Of a stretch of DNA of 64,000 nt, positions 1-9,843 are shown piece by piece. The position numbers and the translations under genes were made by a program. The notes under the pieces are model-generated. The model saw nothing but the letters and a program-made list of their open reading frames with translations, did not search any database and had not been told where the DNA came from. Source of the DNA: an uncultured virus (IMG/VR IMGVR_UViG_3300037467_002795). Lineage: Duplodnaviria; Heunggongvirae; Uroviricota; Caudoviricetes. Each line of letters begins with the position of its first letter. The stretch's first letter is position 1. The stretch is from IMG/VR virus record IMGVR_UViG_3300037467_002795; one strand, given 5' to 3'.

Positions 1-110
1 GCCTTCCCGGCCAGCCAGTTGGCCGCCTCGTTAAATCGCTCGACCGTCTCCAGAAGTTTCTGGGCCTGGTCGGTATCCGGAAGGAGTTGTAGTTGCACTG
101 TGAGTTTCAT
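1..110 (-). CDS. tnpB: IS200/IS605-family TnpB (RNA-guided nuclease), N-terminus only; runs off the window
   Basis: ATG at 110 gives MKLTVQLQLLPDTDQAQKLLETVERFNEAANWLAGK, a typical TnpB N-terminus. An IS605-type hairpin lies just upstream. Confidence 0.75.
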   Translation of the reverse strand, partial: MKLTVQLQLLPDTDQAQKLLETVERFNEAANWLAGK

Positions 111-144
111 CCATTGAGGTAATACACTGATGCCAAAAAAGCAT

Positions 145-182
145 GCGATTCCCCCGTCCGCTTCAGCGGACGGCCCCCTCGC
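145..182. mobile_element. IS200/IS605 subterminal hairpin (left end of the tnpB element)
   Basis: GCGA-ttccc-CCGTCCGCT-tc-AGCGGACGG-ccccc-TCGC imperfect palindrome about 35 bp upstream of tnpB. Confidence 0.65.
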
Positions 183-241
183 TAAAAACCCTGTGGTTTA
201 CGCCACTGGGATAAAATCGACTTTCCGGCAGAGGAGTTCTT

Positions 242-820
242 ATGAAGAAGATTTTGGCACTTGTGGCAGCTGTTAGCGTCAGCCTCACGGGCTGTGGCAG
301 CCATAGCGGCGGCCCGGTGGTTCAGACCAAATCGGCCTCGGGCGTGTCCCAGACGACGGCCGAGGTCAAGACCGATGAAAAGGGCCACACTACGGAACAG
401 AACAATATTATCGAGCGGCTTAAGCGGGATAACGAGCCGGGTAGTATCAAGCACCTTTATCTGATTTCCGCCCACTCTGGGCAGGTCATTCTGTATAGCC
501 CGGTCAAGGGCAAGGTGACCAGTAGTGGGAAGCGACTGACCCCAACTTCCGTAGCGGCCGGTCAGCATTCGTCGCAGGGTTACAACGAGCTTCCTTACGG
601 GATTCCGGTAAACCTGAGTGGCAATAGATATCGCACGACCGAAGTTTTGCAAGACGACGGGACTTATGGCTCCAGTATTGAGTACCTCTACTGGTTTAGC
701 CCAAACGGTCGATTTTATCAAATTTACCGGTCGGCCGGAACGGAAATTGTGATAAGCGACCAGCCGATTGCCGCCATCAAGAACATTACCATGAACCTCG
801 AAATCACGGAGAAAAAGTGA
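242..820 (+). CDS. Lipoprotein of unknown function
   Basis: Signal peptide MKKILALVAAVSVS with lipobox LTGC; GAGGAG RBS. Confidence 0.75.
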   Translation: MKKILALVAAVSVSLTGCGSHSGGPVVQTKSASGVSQTTAEVKTDEKGHTTEQNNIIERLKRDNEPGSIKHLYLISAHSGQVILYSPVKGKVTSSGKRLTPTSVAAGQHSSQGYNELPYGIPVNLSGNRYRTTEVLQDDGTYGSSIEYLYWFSPNGRFYQIYRSAGTEIVISDQPIAAIKNITMNLEITEKK

Positions 821-1143
821 AAATTACCACTATTACTCTGAGCCGTCTGCGGTCCTACGGCTCCTACGACAACGTGCGGTTCGAAGCCACCGCGGTCATC
901 GACGAAGGAGAATCCGAGCACGATGCGGCCGATGTTCTAGCTCGTTTTGTCGATTTTCAACTCGACAAGCTGGTTGATGGGCAAACTCAACGTGACTATA
1001 CGAAAAATGAGTCTCAGCAACTGGAATGGGATTTGAAAGACAAGAAGGCCGAGCTCGAAACCTTGCAGGAAAAGGCCACGAAGGTAGTCGAATTTCTTGA
1101 ACGGCACGGGGTTAACGGCATCCGGTCTGAACTGCCTTTCTGA
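817..1143 (+). CDS. Hypothetical coiled-coil protein (C-terminal ELPF)
   Basis: 4-bp overlap with the previous gene. Confidence 0.6.
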   Translation: MKITTITLSRLRSYGSYDNVRFEATAVIDEGESEHDAADVLARFVDFQLDKLVDGQTQRDYTKNESQQLEWDLKDKKAELETLQEKATKVVEFLERHGVNGIRSELPF

Positions 1144-1242
1144 TGCCAGAAGCCGCGCAAATTCTGGGGGCCAGTCTTTTTATCGGCTGGCTCTCTTTAC
1201 GCCTCGGACCGCCCTTGTTGTTTATCGGCGACTTCCTCATGA

Positions 1243-1902
1243 ATGGAAGGACCATCCGTGAACATCCTCGAACTACTAAAGAGCCTCCCGCACCATGCGA
1301 GCCCGGGAACTGACTGGCTGTGTAGTGAGCACCAGTACCCTTGGTACGCGAGAGTCTTCCAGACTCTCAGCCCCAAATCCATTTTAGAAATCGGGACATT
1401 TTTGGGGTACAGCCTGGCAACCGCTGCTGTAGCACTGCCGGAACTGGACCGGGTCGAGTGGGTAGATAATGAAGCCTATCTGGAAGGCTCGAACCGACTG
1501 GCCGCCGAGAACATTCGGGTGGCCCGGGAGCGAGCCGGATATCGCCCGCTTATCTCCTGGTCGTGTCGGGAAATTCCGCTCGATGCGGCCGAACGCCAGT
1601 CGTATATGGAACTGGTTCACATCGACGGGGACCATAGAAAGGATTGTGTGCTCCGGGACCTCCAGTATGCGTTTCAGGTCGGCACTTCGTGCATTATCGG
1701 TCACGATTATAAGCTAGAAGGTGGGGTCCGGGAGGCGGTCGTCGAGACCTGCAACAGACTGGACATCCTCCATTATGTGCTGGATGACTTTACTCACGGC
1801 CTGTTCGTGATTCCACTAGTAGACCACGCCAGTGTCTTAATGAAGTTGGCTCGTGCCCGAATCGGGCGGATTTCCGTGATGCCCCCGCATGGGGGTAAAT
1901 AA
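1243..1902 (+). CDS. Class I SAM-dependent methyltransferase (Methyltransf_24-like)
   Basis: ILEIGTFLGYS motif I; LVHIDGDH and GHDY motifs. Confidence 0.85.
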   Translation: MEGPSVNILELLKSLPHHASPGTDWLCSEHQYPWYARVFQTLSPKSILEIGTFLGYSLATAAVALPELDRVEWVDNEAYLEGSNRLAAENIRVARERAGYRPLISWSCREIPLDAAERQSYMELVHIDGDHRKDCVLRDLQYAFQVGTSCIIGHDYKLEGGVREAVVETCNRLDILHYVLDDFTHGLFVIPLVDHASVLMKLARARIGRISVMPPHGGK

Positions 1903-2921
1903 TGGCGAACATCCTGTTTCTGGGCGGTGGCCGGCGAGTTGAGCTTGCCCGCCTGTTCAAGGTTCGTGGTCACGCCATCTTTGGATACGAAACCTCGACG
2001 CAGGTCCCGCTGGCGTCCGAAGCCCAGATAGTTCGTGGTTTGCCCTGGGCCGACACTGGCCTTGCGGCCAGCCTCTCGGACGCATGCAGGGTCCACGGTA
2101 TAGACTTGCTGCTCCCACTGGATTGTCGAGCCGTTGCTGAACTCGCTTCGCTTCGGACTGTAGGCGAGAGGGAACGGACGGCACGCATCGTCCACCGGTC
2201 CGTTTCCGAAAACTTGATGTTTTTGCTCCGGGAGCGATTCGTGGGCCCGGACAACGAAGAGACCGCCACGGCTTGCCTAGATAAGGGTCTGTTCGAGGCC
2301 TTCATCGTAGCCCACTTCGGGTTCGACACGGACCTATACCCGTTTCCGGTCTCGGGGAAGCCGGCCATCATCAAGCCGCGGAGGGGGTTCGGGTCGCGGG
2401 GTGTGATGAAGGTGGGGGCACTAGTGCCCGACAGTGTCCAATACGACGGCGACGAGGATGTGGCTCAGGTGTATTTACCGGGAACCGAGTGGTCGGTCGA
2501 CGCTTACTTCGGTCTGCGAAACGCCGACGGAGCCTCCGGGCTCCTGGGGGCATCCCCTCGCCAGCGTCTTCGGGTGGCCGGCGGCGAGGTCATCGAAAGT
2601 GTGACGGTCGACCGCCCCGACCTGGTCTCGATGACCAAAGAAGTGGGCGAGGCCCTTCGCCTTACCGGCCCCGCATGTTTCCAGTTCAAGGGCGATGTCG
2701 CTAATTCACCTCGTCTTATTGAGGTGAACGCTCGGTTCGGGGGCGGAGCCACGCTGAGCATCGAGGCAGGACTGCCGATGGTAGGCTATGTCTGTGGCGA
2801 GTATCTGGAATGTAGAACCTTTCCTGCCGGAAGTGGGTGTGCCCGTCAGGGCGTGTACATGAGTCGGTCGTATCGAGACCACTACTGGTTTCATTCTGCA
2901 AAACAAGGCGAGGCGATATGA
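1902..2921 (+). CDS. ATP-grasp ligase (carbamoyl-phosphate-synthase-like)
   Basis: NILFLGGGRRVEL, IIKPRRGFGSRG, QVYLPGTEWSVD, IEVNARFGGG. Confidence 0.85.
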   Translation: MANILFLGGGRRVELARLFKVRGHAIFGYETSTQVPLASEAQIVRGLPWADTGLAASLSDACRVHGIDLLLPLDCRAVAELASLRTVGERERTARIVHRSVSENLMFLLRERFVGPDNEETATACLDKGLFEAFIVAHFGFDTDLYPFPVSGKPAIIKPRRGFGSRGVMKVGALVPDSVQYDGDEDVAQVYLPGTEWSVDAYFGLRNADGASGLLGASPRQRLRVAGGEVIESVTVDRPDLVSMTKEVGEALRLTGPACFQFKGDVANSPRLIEVNARFGGGATLSIEAGLPMVGYVCGEYLECRTFPAGSGCARQGVYMSRSYRDHYWFHSAKQGEAI

Positions 2922-3100
2922 GGTGGCTTTTTCGAATCGCTACTTACCTCTTGGGCTGTCGCCACAAGTGGGAAATTTTTGGCGTGGGCCCCATCATGGA
3001 CGACGAAAATCGAGCGGTAGGCAATTATTTTAATTTGCGATGTGCAAAGTGTGGCTGGATTCGTCGGAAAAATGTTCATAGCGGAAGGGGTTGGTGGTAA
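2918..3100 (+). CDS. Small Cys/His zinc-binding hypothetical protein
   Basis: GCRHKW...RCAKCG; coupled to both neighbours. Confidence 0.55.
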   Translation: MRWLFRIATYLLGCRHKWEIFGVGPIMDDENRAVGNYFNLRCAKCGWIRRKNVHSGRGWW

Positions 3101-3459
3101 TGTGTGTTTACAGCATGATTGTCGACCATTATGGCGAGAAGTGGCGGAAAATTATCTCTGAGCCACCGTATGCACCGAGCGTGCCTTTTCCGAATCCTCA
3201 GCCTTTGAAACTTCCGGACATCCTCCCTCCCCTGCCGGAGCAGGGCTCTGGTGACCAGAGTCGACCGTCGGAAAATAACCCGGTCACCCAAGAAGACCTA
3301 GACAAAATTCGACGGGATATTCAGGACTTAAAGGACCTCCTAAAACGGGCCAAAGAATATGACGAAAAGACCGGCCAGCCGGACTGCGAGCTGGATGAGA
3401 AAAAGAGACGGCTAAAGGAAATCGCGGATATGGTCGGAGTGGACATCGAATTCCCCTGA
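3100..3459 (+). CDS. Hypothetical phage protein
   Basis: TAATG coupling; MCVYSMIVDHY...AKEYDEKTGQPDCE. Confidence 0.6.
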   Translation: MCVYSMIVDHYGEKWRKIISEPPYAPSVPFPNPQPLKLPDILPPLPEQGSGDQSRPSENNPVTQEDLDKIRRDIQDLKDLLKRAKEYDEKTGQPDCELDEKKRRLKEIADMVGVDIEFP

Positions 3460-3470
3460 CGGAGCATTGA

Positions 3471-4232
3471 ATGGTTAATATTGCCGTCGCGAGTATGTTC
3501 CGGAATTCGGAAGTTTGGCATGGCCGCCAAATTAACCAGGTGGACAAGTTTTTTAACAGCATTCTTGGACAGGAAGGTGGCAGTAAACACTTCGACCTAA
3601 CTTTCCACCTGGTTGAAGGGAATAGCACGGACACCACACTTAAGAAACTGCGTTACTGGCAATCCATCTTTCCCGACATCACCTTGTACCAAAAGCAGGT
3701 GAAGGGGTCAGAAGTCGCAAGCGTGGTGAGCGAAACCCGGTTTAAGAACTTATCGTCAGTTGGGAATGTGGCCCTGCAAGCCGCACGGGATAGCGGAACT
3801 GACTATGTTCTGTGGATGGAATCCGACCTGATTCCACCAGCAAATCTGGCTATCTCGCTCTTACTTCCGTTCATGGAAGAGTCGGCTGAACAAAGTATTT
3901 TTGCTGTGGCTCCAGTTCCGGTCTTTCACCAGGGCGGCCGAAAGCTCTTTTACGACACCTGGGCCTTCGAAGGGTCGGATGGGCAAAAATGGGGGAATGG
4001 AGACCTGGACAAGCTGGTCAAAACCAGCACCTGCCTTCGGTCCATGAACAGTATCGGGTCCTGCGCTTTGCTGAACGGTAGTATTTTGCGGGAACACCGA
4101 CTGGACTTCGGCGAAGGGTGTTTCCCGGCACTATGCAAGTCCGGCAGGGAAGCAGGATATGGGGTTTACTGCGACGTAACGGTTGAGGTCCAACACCCTT
4201 GCAACGAGAACGTCAACGGTCGACTGATTTGA
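3471..4232 (+). CDS. GT-A fold glycosyltransferase (Anp1/GT2-like)
   Basis: VEGNSTDTT, YVLWMESDL (DxD-like), FYDTWAF, SIGSCAL, terminal VQHP. Confidence 0.7.
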   Translation: MVNIAVASMFRNSEVWHGRQINQVDKFFNSILGQEGGSKHFDLTFHLVEGNSTDTTLKKLRYWQSIFPDITLYQKQVKGSEVASVVSETRFKNLSSVGNVALQAARDSGTDYVLWMESDLIPPANLAISLLLPFMEESAEQSIFAVAPVPVFHQGGRKLFYDTWAFEGSDGQKWGNGDLDKLVKTSTCLRSMNSIGSCALLNGSILREHRLDFGEGCFPALCKSGREAGYGVYCDVTVEVQHPCNENVNGRLI

Positions 4233-5371
4233 GGTCGGGTCCTCCGGACACCCTGGCAGTGCCAACAATTCCCGTGTACCGGCCGTACGTGGCCACGAAC
4301 CAGACCGCTTATGTGCTGGACTGTTTGCGGCGAAACGAACTGAGCTACCGGGGGTTCTGGGTTCCCCGGTTCGAGGAGAAGGTTTCACAGTACCTGGGCG
4401 TCAAGCACGTTGTCGCCACATGCAATGGGACACTATCGCTGTTCGCCGCCTATCAGGTAGTATTCGGTGCTGACTGTGCTGCTCCTGCCTTGAAGCAGGT
4501 GCGAAGCACGAACTATGTGGTGGTTCCGACGACGACGTATGCGGCGACCGTTTCCCAGCTTATCCTGGCCGGGTTTACCCCGCTCTACATCGACTGCGAC
4601 GAGGGTTTCCGGGCGGACCTGAACCAGCTCGATGATGCCCTTCGTCGCTACTTGGTCGCCGGTGTGGTGATTCCGACGCTGTACGCGGACGGCCCCGACA
4701 TGGGCGAGGTGGTGCGGCTTTGCCAAAAGAGGGGCGTTCCGCTGGTCGAGGATGCGGCCGAGGCTTTCGCTTGTGCTCAAGGAACGAAGTTCCTTGGCAC
4801 ATTCGGGGCCGCCAGCTCCTTTTCTTTTTTTGCCAACAAAATTATGACGAGCGGGGGCGAGGGCGGTTGCGTAGCGACCAACGATGATGGGGTGGCCGCT
4901 CGCGTTCGCCGGTTCATCAACCAAGGCACGGTCGGTGGCTATCGGCATTTGGAACCGGGGACGAACGCCCGGATGACGGCGATTCAGGCGGCCATCGGCT
5001 GTGCCCAGCTCGAAGACTTACCGACCATCCTTGAACGAAAGCGAGCTATCGCCCGGTTTTACCGGGAAAATCTGCGGTTCAAGGGTGTTACATCGAGGTC
5101 GTCTTCGACCTCGGAGTGGATGCCGGTCTTTCAGTTACCCTTCGCAACCTACGAAGACTTCCGCCAGCACTGCGAACGACACGGGGTCGAAGTAAGACCG
5201 ACCTTCCCGCCCCTGCACCACATGCCAGGATTTGCCGGTTATCAGCCGTTCGACCTGTGGACCTCACTATGGTTGGAAAACCGACATTTTATCGTGCCGT
5301 GTTTTCCGGACATATCGGAAGCGGAACTCGAAAGGGTGGTTGATGTGGTCAACAGTTGCGACTATTTTTAG
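4229..5371 (+). CDS. DegT/DnrJ/EryC1/StrS PLP-dependent sugar aminotransferase (perosamine synthase-like)
   Basis: CNGTLSL, VEDAAEA, SFSFFANKIMTSGGEGG (PLP lysine), QAAIGCAQL. Confidence 0.9.
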   Translation: MRSGPPDTLAVPTIPVYRPYVATNQTAYVLDCLRRNELSYRGFWVPRFEEKVSQYLGVKHVVATCNGTLSLFAAYQVVFGADCAAPALKQVRSTNYVVVPTTTYAATVSQLILAGFTPLYIDCDEGFRADLNQLDDALRRYLVAGVVIPTLYADGPDMGEVVRLCQKRGVPLVEDAAEAFACAQGTKFLGTFGAASSFSFFANKIMTSGGEGGCVATNDDGVAARVRRFINQGTVGGYRHLEPGTNARMTAIQAAIGCAQLEDLPTILERKRAIARFYRENLRFKGVTSRSSSTSEWMPVFQLPFATYEDFRQHCERHGVEVRPTFPPLHHMPGFAGYQPFDLWTSLWLENRHFIVPCFPDISEAELERVVDVVNSCDYF

Positions 5372-5382
5372 GAGTAGGAACC

Positions 5383-5874
5383 ATGCACTGGCGAACTTTC
5401 CTTGGCTCCCTTGCCACGCTCCTAATTCCTTTTCGGAAGTCTCGAGCGGCCCCGAAGGTAGTTCACCCGCTTTACGGCGAGTATGTCTCGCACCACTGTT
5501 CGAATAACATCAGACATATGGAATTGTGCCTGGACGACCTAAAGTATCCGCCAGTTTCCAAAACGGCTTCGTCGTATTTTCGATATGTGGATTTTCCAAT
5601 TGAAACCACTCTAGTTATTCGGCTGGGCAAGTCAGAATTCTTATATATGGCGTTTAACGCCTCGCAGCAACTATGCGATGAAATTAACCAGATGAGTCCG
5701 ACCGAAATCGTGCGAGTGTTGTCGCTAGATGTCGAGACGGAGGCCCACGATATCGAATTTATCGACAAGGGCTCCATTGTAAAGGAACAGTATCCAGACG
5801 CCATCACTGTTCAAGATTCAGGACCCCGTAAGGTTAAGTTTCGACTGACTTCCGTGGTTTTGAGGGGCGAATGA
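5383..5874 (+). CDS. Hypothetical protein with a short N-terminal leader
   Basis: ORF in the operon with RBS; WRTFLGSLA leader. Confidence 0.5.
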   Translation: MHWRTFLGSLATLLIPFRKSRAAPKVVHPLYGEYVSHHCSNNIRHMELCLDDLKYPPVSKTASSYFRYVDFPIETTLVIRLGKSEFLYMAFNASQQLCDEINQMSPTEIVRVLSLDVETEAHDIEFIDKGSIVKEQYPDAITVQDSGPRKVKFRLTSVVLRGE

Positions 5875-6455
5875 AACCCATTATTTTTTTTGACCTTGAC
5901 GGTGTCTTAGCCGACCTTGTCACCGGTGCTTTACGACACCACAAAGCCACGTTGCCTATTATGGAAGTCCAGTACGACTTTTGCACCCAACTTGGCTTCA
6001 GCGGACATACAGACCCAGCTTTTTGGGACCCTCTCGGATTCAATTTCTGGTCTACTTTGGGTATTTACCCGGACGGTCTCTGTTTGTTGCGTGCGGCCGA
6101 GTCGCTCGTCGGGCCTGACAGCATTGGATTCCTGACTGCTCCGACCAAGTCTCGCGGGTGTGTGGACGGCAAACTGGCGTGGGTCGAGAAGCATTTTCCG
6201 GATTACGTCGACCGGGTCTTTACCGGCAAATCGAAGGAGATGTTCGCCTCGCCCGACAAGATTCTGGTGGACGACTCGGATTTGAACATCGAGAAGTTTT
6301 CCGGCAGAGGAGGGAGGGGTGTGCTTGTGCCGCGGCCGTGGAATCGCAACCGGGCTGGCTGCAATAAGGATGGCTCGTTCAACGTGGTGGTCGCCCACTC
6401 AGAACTCCAGTATGTAGTGCGACTAATCGATTGTTTGCCGGCTCTCAAGGTGTAA
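5871..6455 (+). CDS. HAD-family 5'(3')-deoxyribonucleotidase (NT5C-like)
   Basis: FFDLDGVLAD motif I; KLAWVEKHF; ILVDD; PWN. Confidence 0.85.
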   Translation: MKPIIFFDLDGVLADLVTGALRHHKATLPIMEVQYDFCTQLGFSGHTDPAFWDPLGFNFWSTLGIYPDGLCLLRAAESLVGPDSIGFLTAPTKSRGCVDGKLAWVEKHFPDYVDRVFTGKSKEMFASPDKILVDDSDLNIEKFSGRGGRGVLVPRPWNRNRAGCNKDGSFNVVVAHSELQYVVRLIDCLPALKV

Positions 6456-6457
6456 TC

Positions 6458-6829
6458 ATGAGTTGGTATCCGGTTGTTTGTAAAAAGTGTGGGTTCGCGG
6501 ACCCCGAATTGTGGGTTCCGATGAGCGATGCGAACTGGCCCATCAAGTGCCCCCAGTGCAAGAAAAAGAAATTAGAGCGGGATTATGGGGTGCCCATTGT
6601 TCCGGTCATTCAAGACAAGACTCCGAAGACGGTAGGCCAACAGGCCGAGGCCAACAAAAAGGCAATGGGCAACGAACAGTGGCAAAAGAAGCGAGATGAA
6701 TTGCTGGGTGAAAAAGGTCGCCAGCAGCAGGCTACGCCAACACCGTGGTGGCGGCCGGAAGGGTCGAAACCGCTGGACGTGACGAAAATCAAGGATGTTC
6801 AAAAGTACATTGAGACTGGGGAGAAGTGA
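6458..6829 (+). CDS. FmdB-like zinc-ribbon protein
   Basis: CKKCG...CPQCKKKKLER. Confidence 0.7.
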   Translation: MSWYPVVCKKCGFADPELWVPMSDANWPIKCPQCKKKKLERDYGVPIVPVIQDKTPKTVGQQAEANKKAMGNEQWQKKRDELLGEKGRQQQATPTPWWRPEGSKPLDVTKIKDVQKYIETGEK

Positions 6830-6900
6830 GTTGAGCTTCGCTCAACGGCATAGGTCGTACTTTGTACGACGTCGCAGCTCACCTTGGAGGCCATTAGAAA

Positions 6901-7272
6901 GTGATTAAAACACAGTGGAATCATGTGACCGAACCGGCCAAGAAGGTCGGTCTTAGCGATGGTGGAGAACAAGTTCTCCGGTGTAGCAATTGTGATAAAC
7001 CTTTGTGCTGCCTGAAAATCGTCCGGCCTGATGTGCGGCACGCTTGGCGTGCCAGGGCGACTTGCCCATACGGCTGCGTGAAGCGAGACGGAACCCCGGA
7101 ACTCTCCTTCCCGGTCGAGATTGTCGGCCTGGTCAAGCAAGGCGGATACGGGGTCGACAGCGAAACGAATCCGAACGACAGCCGCATGCTGACTGCGATT
7201 TCGCATAGTACCGAGGATGTGGACTCGGAAGGACCCATCATTACTTTTCATTGCGTGAAACGTGCATACTGA
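6901..7272 (+). CDS. Hypothetical Zn-binding protein
   Basis: CSNC...CPYGC. Confidence 0.55.
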   Translation: MIKTQWNHVTEPAKKVGLSDGGEQVLRCSNCDKPLCCLKIVRPDVRHAWRARATCPYGCVKRDGTPELSFPVEIVGLVKQGGYGVDSETNPNDSRMLTAISHSTEDVDSEGPIITFHCVKRAY

Positions 7273-7663
7273 AAAAATCGACATTAATTGTTTTAGGCAG
7301 GAACCTCCTCCGGCCAAGCCGAGGGTGGCAAAGTCACCCGAGGGAAAGCCGGCTGGGGCGACTTACTGGTTGTTCGACCGGACCAAGGCGGAAGCGGATT
7401 CGCTGCACTGCGTGGCGAAGGCCACCCCGCTTCAGGACCGCGGCGGGTTCGCGTACTTTGTCCGCCGCAGCACGATGGGCGACAAGCGGTTTTTTAACGT
7501 GCTCGAGGATTCACCCGCGGAGCTGACCGGGCAGAACCGCTCAAGCGGCCGGCTCCGCTGGGAGTACGTGTCGGTTCCCGAAGACTCGTATCTGGCGTAC
7601 GTCCAGTTTCTGACCACTTCCAATCCTGTTCACCTGCGGCACGCGGAAAGGCTGGGCTCTTAA
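7262..7663 (+). CDS. Hypothetical protein
   Basis: Coupled ORF in the operon. Confidence 0.55.
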   Translation: MHTEKIDINCFRQEPPPAKPRVAKSPEGKPAGATYWLFDRTKAEADSLHCVAKATPLQDRGGFAYFVRRSTMGDKRFFNVLEDSPAELTGQNRSSGRLRWEYVSVPEDSYLAYVQFLTTSNPVHLRHAERLGS

Positions 7664-8079
7664 TGACTACTCCAAAGGGGGGTGCGTCCCGCACCAAAAA
7701 GGCAGCGAAATCTGAGCCCGCCACGCGGGCGAAGAAGTGGACTGAAGTCGAGGACTTCTACCTTCGTAACAATGCGACGGTCCCCGAGAAGGACCTGGCC
7801 AAGTCCCTGAAGCGACCCGTGAAACAGGTCCAGGACCGACTCAAGGAGCTGGAAATCGACGTGGACTCACTGCGGGCCCAACAGCGGCGAGAGGCCGGAA
7901 TGAAGGGGTTCCAGGTCGGGTCGGCCAACGACAAGAGCGCAAACATTGTCGCCATGACTGGAGGCAGGAGCCTCCAGGATGATATCAAAGCCGGCACGAG
8001 CCCGTTCGGGGCGAAGCCGGAGGAGAAGCCCGGCGAGGTGTTTATGGAGCGGTTTAAGAACCAAATTGCTCGCGGGTAA
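7663..8079 (+). CDS. Hypothetical protein with a Myb/HTH-like segment
   Basis: KKWTEVEDFYLRNN...DLAKSLKRPVKQV. Confidence 0.5.
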   Translation: MTTPKGGASRTKKAAKSEPATRAKKWTEVEDFYLRNNATVPEKDLAKSLKRPVKQVQDRLKELEIDVDSLRAQQRREAGMKGFQVGSANDKSANIVAMTGGRSLQDDIKAGTSPFGAKPEEKPGEVFMERFKNQIARG

Positions 8080-8147
8080 CTGCATTCCCCGGTTTTTAAA
8101 CCTATCCGGCACCGAAACAACTGCGAGAGCGGTGAGCGAAGCGAACC

Positions 8148-8576
8148 ATGGTAATTGGTGAAGACGACTGGACCCGGTCCCGCTGGCTTACCCACGCCCG
8201 GTGGGAAGCCGACCTGTCAGACGGGACGCTGGCCATCGGGGACGACGACCGGCTGCCGAATTCTTGGGGTCGGCTCAAGCTCTATTGCGAGGCTCGGAGT
8301 CTGACCGTCCGAACGGTCCGGCTCCGGTTCCGCACGAACACGGTCGAGGCCCTGCCCCGCAACGCCGCCGGCTACCTGGTCCGACCCGGGGTCTGGTCGG
8401 ACATGCACGAGCAGGTCACCCGGGGCACGTTCGCGGTGGGTTATCTGGACCCCGCCGTGAACAAGGTCAAGGTGTCTATCTTTTTCGTGCCCGAACTCGT
8501 CCTTTTCCGGCAGGAAGAGCGAGATGTGGGTGACGAGCAGGGTGTCGGGGAGTCCCTCTTGACCAACCCTGTTTAA
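8148..8576 (+). CDS. Hypothetical phage protein
   Basis: Clean ORF with GC-rich third codon positions. Confidence 0.55.
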   Translation: MVIGEDDWTRSRWLTHARWEADLSDGTLAIGDDDRLPNSWGRLKLYCEARSLTVRTVRLRFRTNTVEALPRNAAGYLVRPGVWSDMHEQVTRGTFAVGYLDPAVNKVKVSIFFVPELVLFRQEERDVGDEQGVGESLLTNPV

Positions 8577-8645
8577 GACACTATTATATAGGTACGCACC
8601 GTGACACCCTGATTGACTTCCCTGCCGGAACGGGCGGAGCCGCCA

Positions 8646-9401
8646 ATGCATATCAAGTCGGACCAGGAATACCTGGAAGTGTTTCGCCTTCGGCAGAAGT
8701 TGCTGAGGTCAGTTGACTCCGACGACGACTGGGGGCTCGACGGCGGGGAAGCCGCCCATCTCGACCGAGTCCTTCGCTCTGCACTCGATGAGTACGAAGA
8801 CGACAAAGGGGACGAGACCCGCCAGGGTCACTGGATACCCACCGTCTCCGGCCGCCGCTTCTGGTTGGGCGACCCTCGGCCCGAGGACATCGAGCCGTTC
8901 GACATCGCGTACGGGCTCAGCCGCATCCCCCGCTTTAACGGTATGACGGTCGGCGACCCGTACAGCGTGGCCCAGCACAGCACGGTCGGCTCGTTCTTGG
9001 CTCCGCCCGGGTTCGCCCTTCATTTTTTGCTGCACGATGCCCACGAGTTCTTGGGCCAAGACATCACGTCTCCCCTGAAGCGGGAGCTGGGCCCCGAATA
9101 CCGGAGGGTCGAAGAGGGTTTCAAGGACGCGGTCGACCGCCGGTTCGGGTTGGCCTGGACCGAAGAAGCGAAGCGAGTCGTCAAAGATGTCGACAACCAG
9201 ATGTTGTTGCTGGAAATTGAAGAACTGACGCCGTGGCGGGTGCTGAACGGACATGTGTCTGCGACACGGCCTCGCCTGCGGCTTCAGCCTCAGAAGTGGC
9301 AAATGGCCTTCGTCAGTTTTTCGTGGCGACTAAATGCTCTACTAGACTGCGAGGCCATCAAAATCCCCGATGACATCCGGGAGGCGGCAGGTGTCAGATG
9401 A
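8646..9401 (+). CDS. HD-superfamily nucleotidase (YfdR/YfbR-like)
   Basis: DIAYGLSRIPRFNG, YSVAQHS, LLHDAHE. Confidence 0.85.
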   Translation: MHIKSDQEYLEVFRLRQKLLRSVDSDDDWGLDGGEAAHLDRVLRSALDEYEDDKGDETRQGHWIPTVSGRRFWLGDPRPEDIEPFDIAYGLSRIPRFNGMTVGDPYSVAQHSTVGSFLAPPGFALHFLLHDAHEFLGQDITSPLKRELGPEYRRVEEGFKDAVDRRFGLAWTEEAKRVVKDVDNQMLLLEIEELTPWRVLNGHVSATRPRLRLQPQKWQMAFVSFSWRLNALLDCEAIKIPDDIREAAGVR

Positions 9402-9843
9402 GGCACGATACGAAAGCCAGTTCGGGGCAGGTCAGGTTAAAGTAGAACACTGGTTGGCAGAGTTCTTGTGTGCTCGCCAAGCCCGTTCGAAGAACGTAGA
9501 ATTGCCCCCGAAGTTCTGGTCACACCCGCAATACAAAACGATTTGGGAACGCTGTTATAAACAGCAACTGAGGGCGGCACTCGCCCTGTTGCGACTTTAT
9601 TCGCCCCGGGCCATCTCGGCGGCTCTCAGGTCGAAAGAGGGCAAAAAGGTACTATCGCTGGCGGCCCCCTGGTTCGACCCGCTCGTTCAGGCCGAACAAC
9701 ACAAATTGGATGTCGCGGAGCGGCTACGACAGGACCAACCGGCCGAGCCAGTGATTCCTGAACCACCGGTTCAAAACCTAAAAAGTATCAGGCCACCTTT
9801 TGTGTTGAATCGCAGTATTTTGGAGCGGCTGGATGAAGGGTGA
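9391..9843 (+). CDS. Hypothetical phage protein
   Basis: Coupled ORF; LPPKFW, SLAAPW. Confidence 0.55.
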   Translation: MSDEARYESQFGAGQVKVEHWLAEFLCARQARSKNVELPPKFWSHPQYKTIWERCYKQQLRAALALLRLYSPRAISAALRSKEGKKVLSLAAPWFDPLVQAEQHKLDVAERLRQDQPAEPVIPEPPVQNLKSIRPPFVLNRSILERLDEG

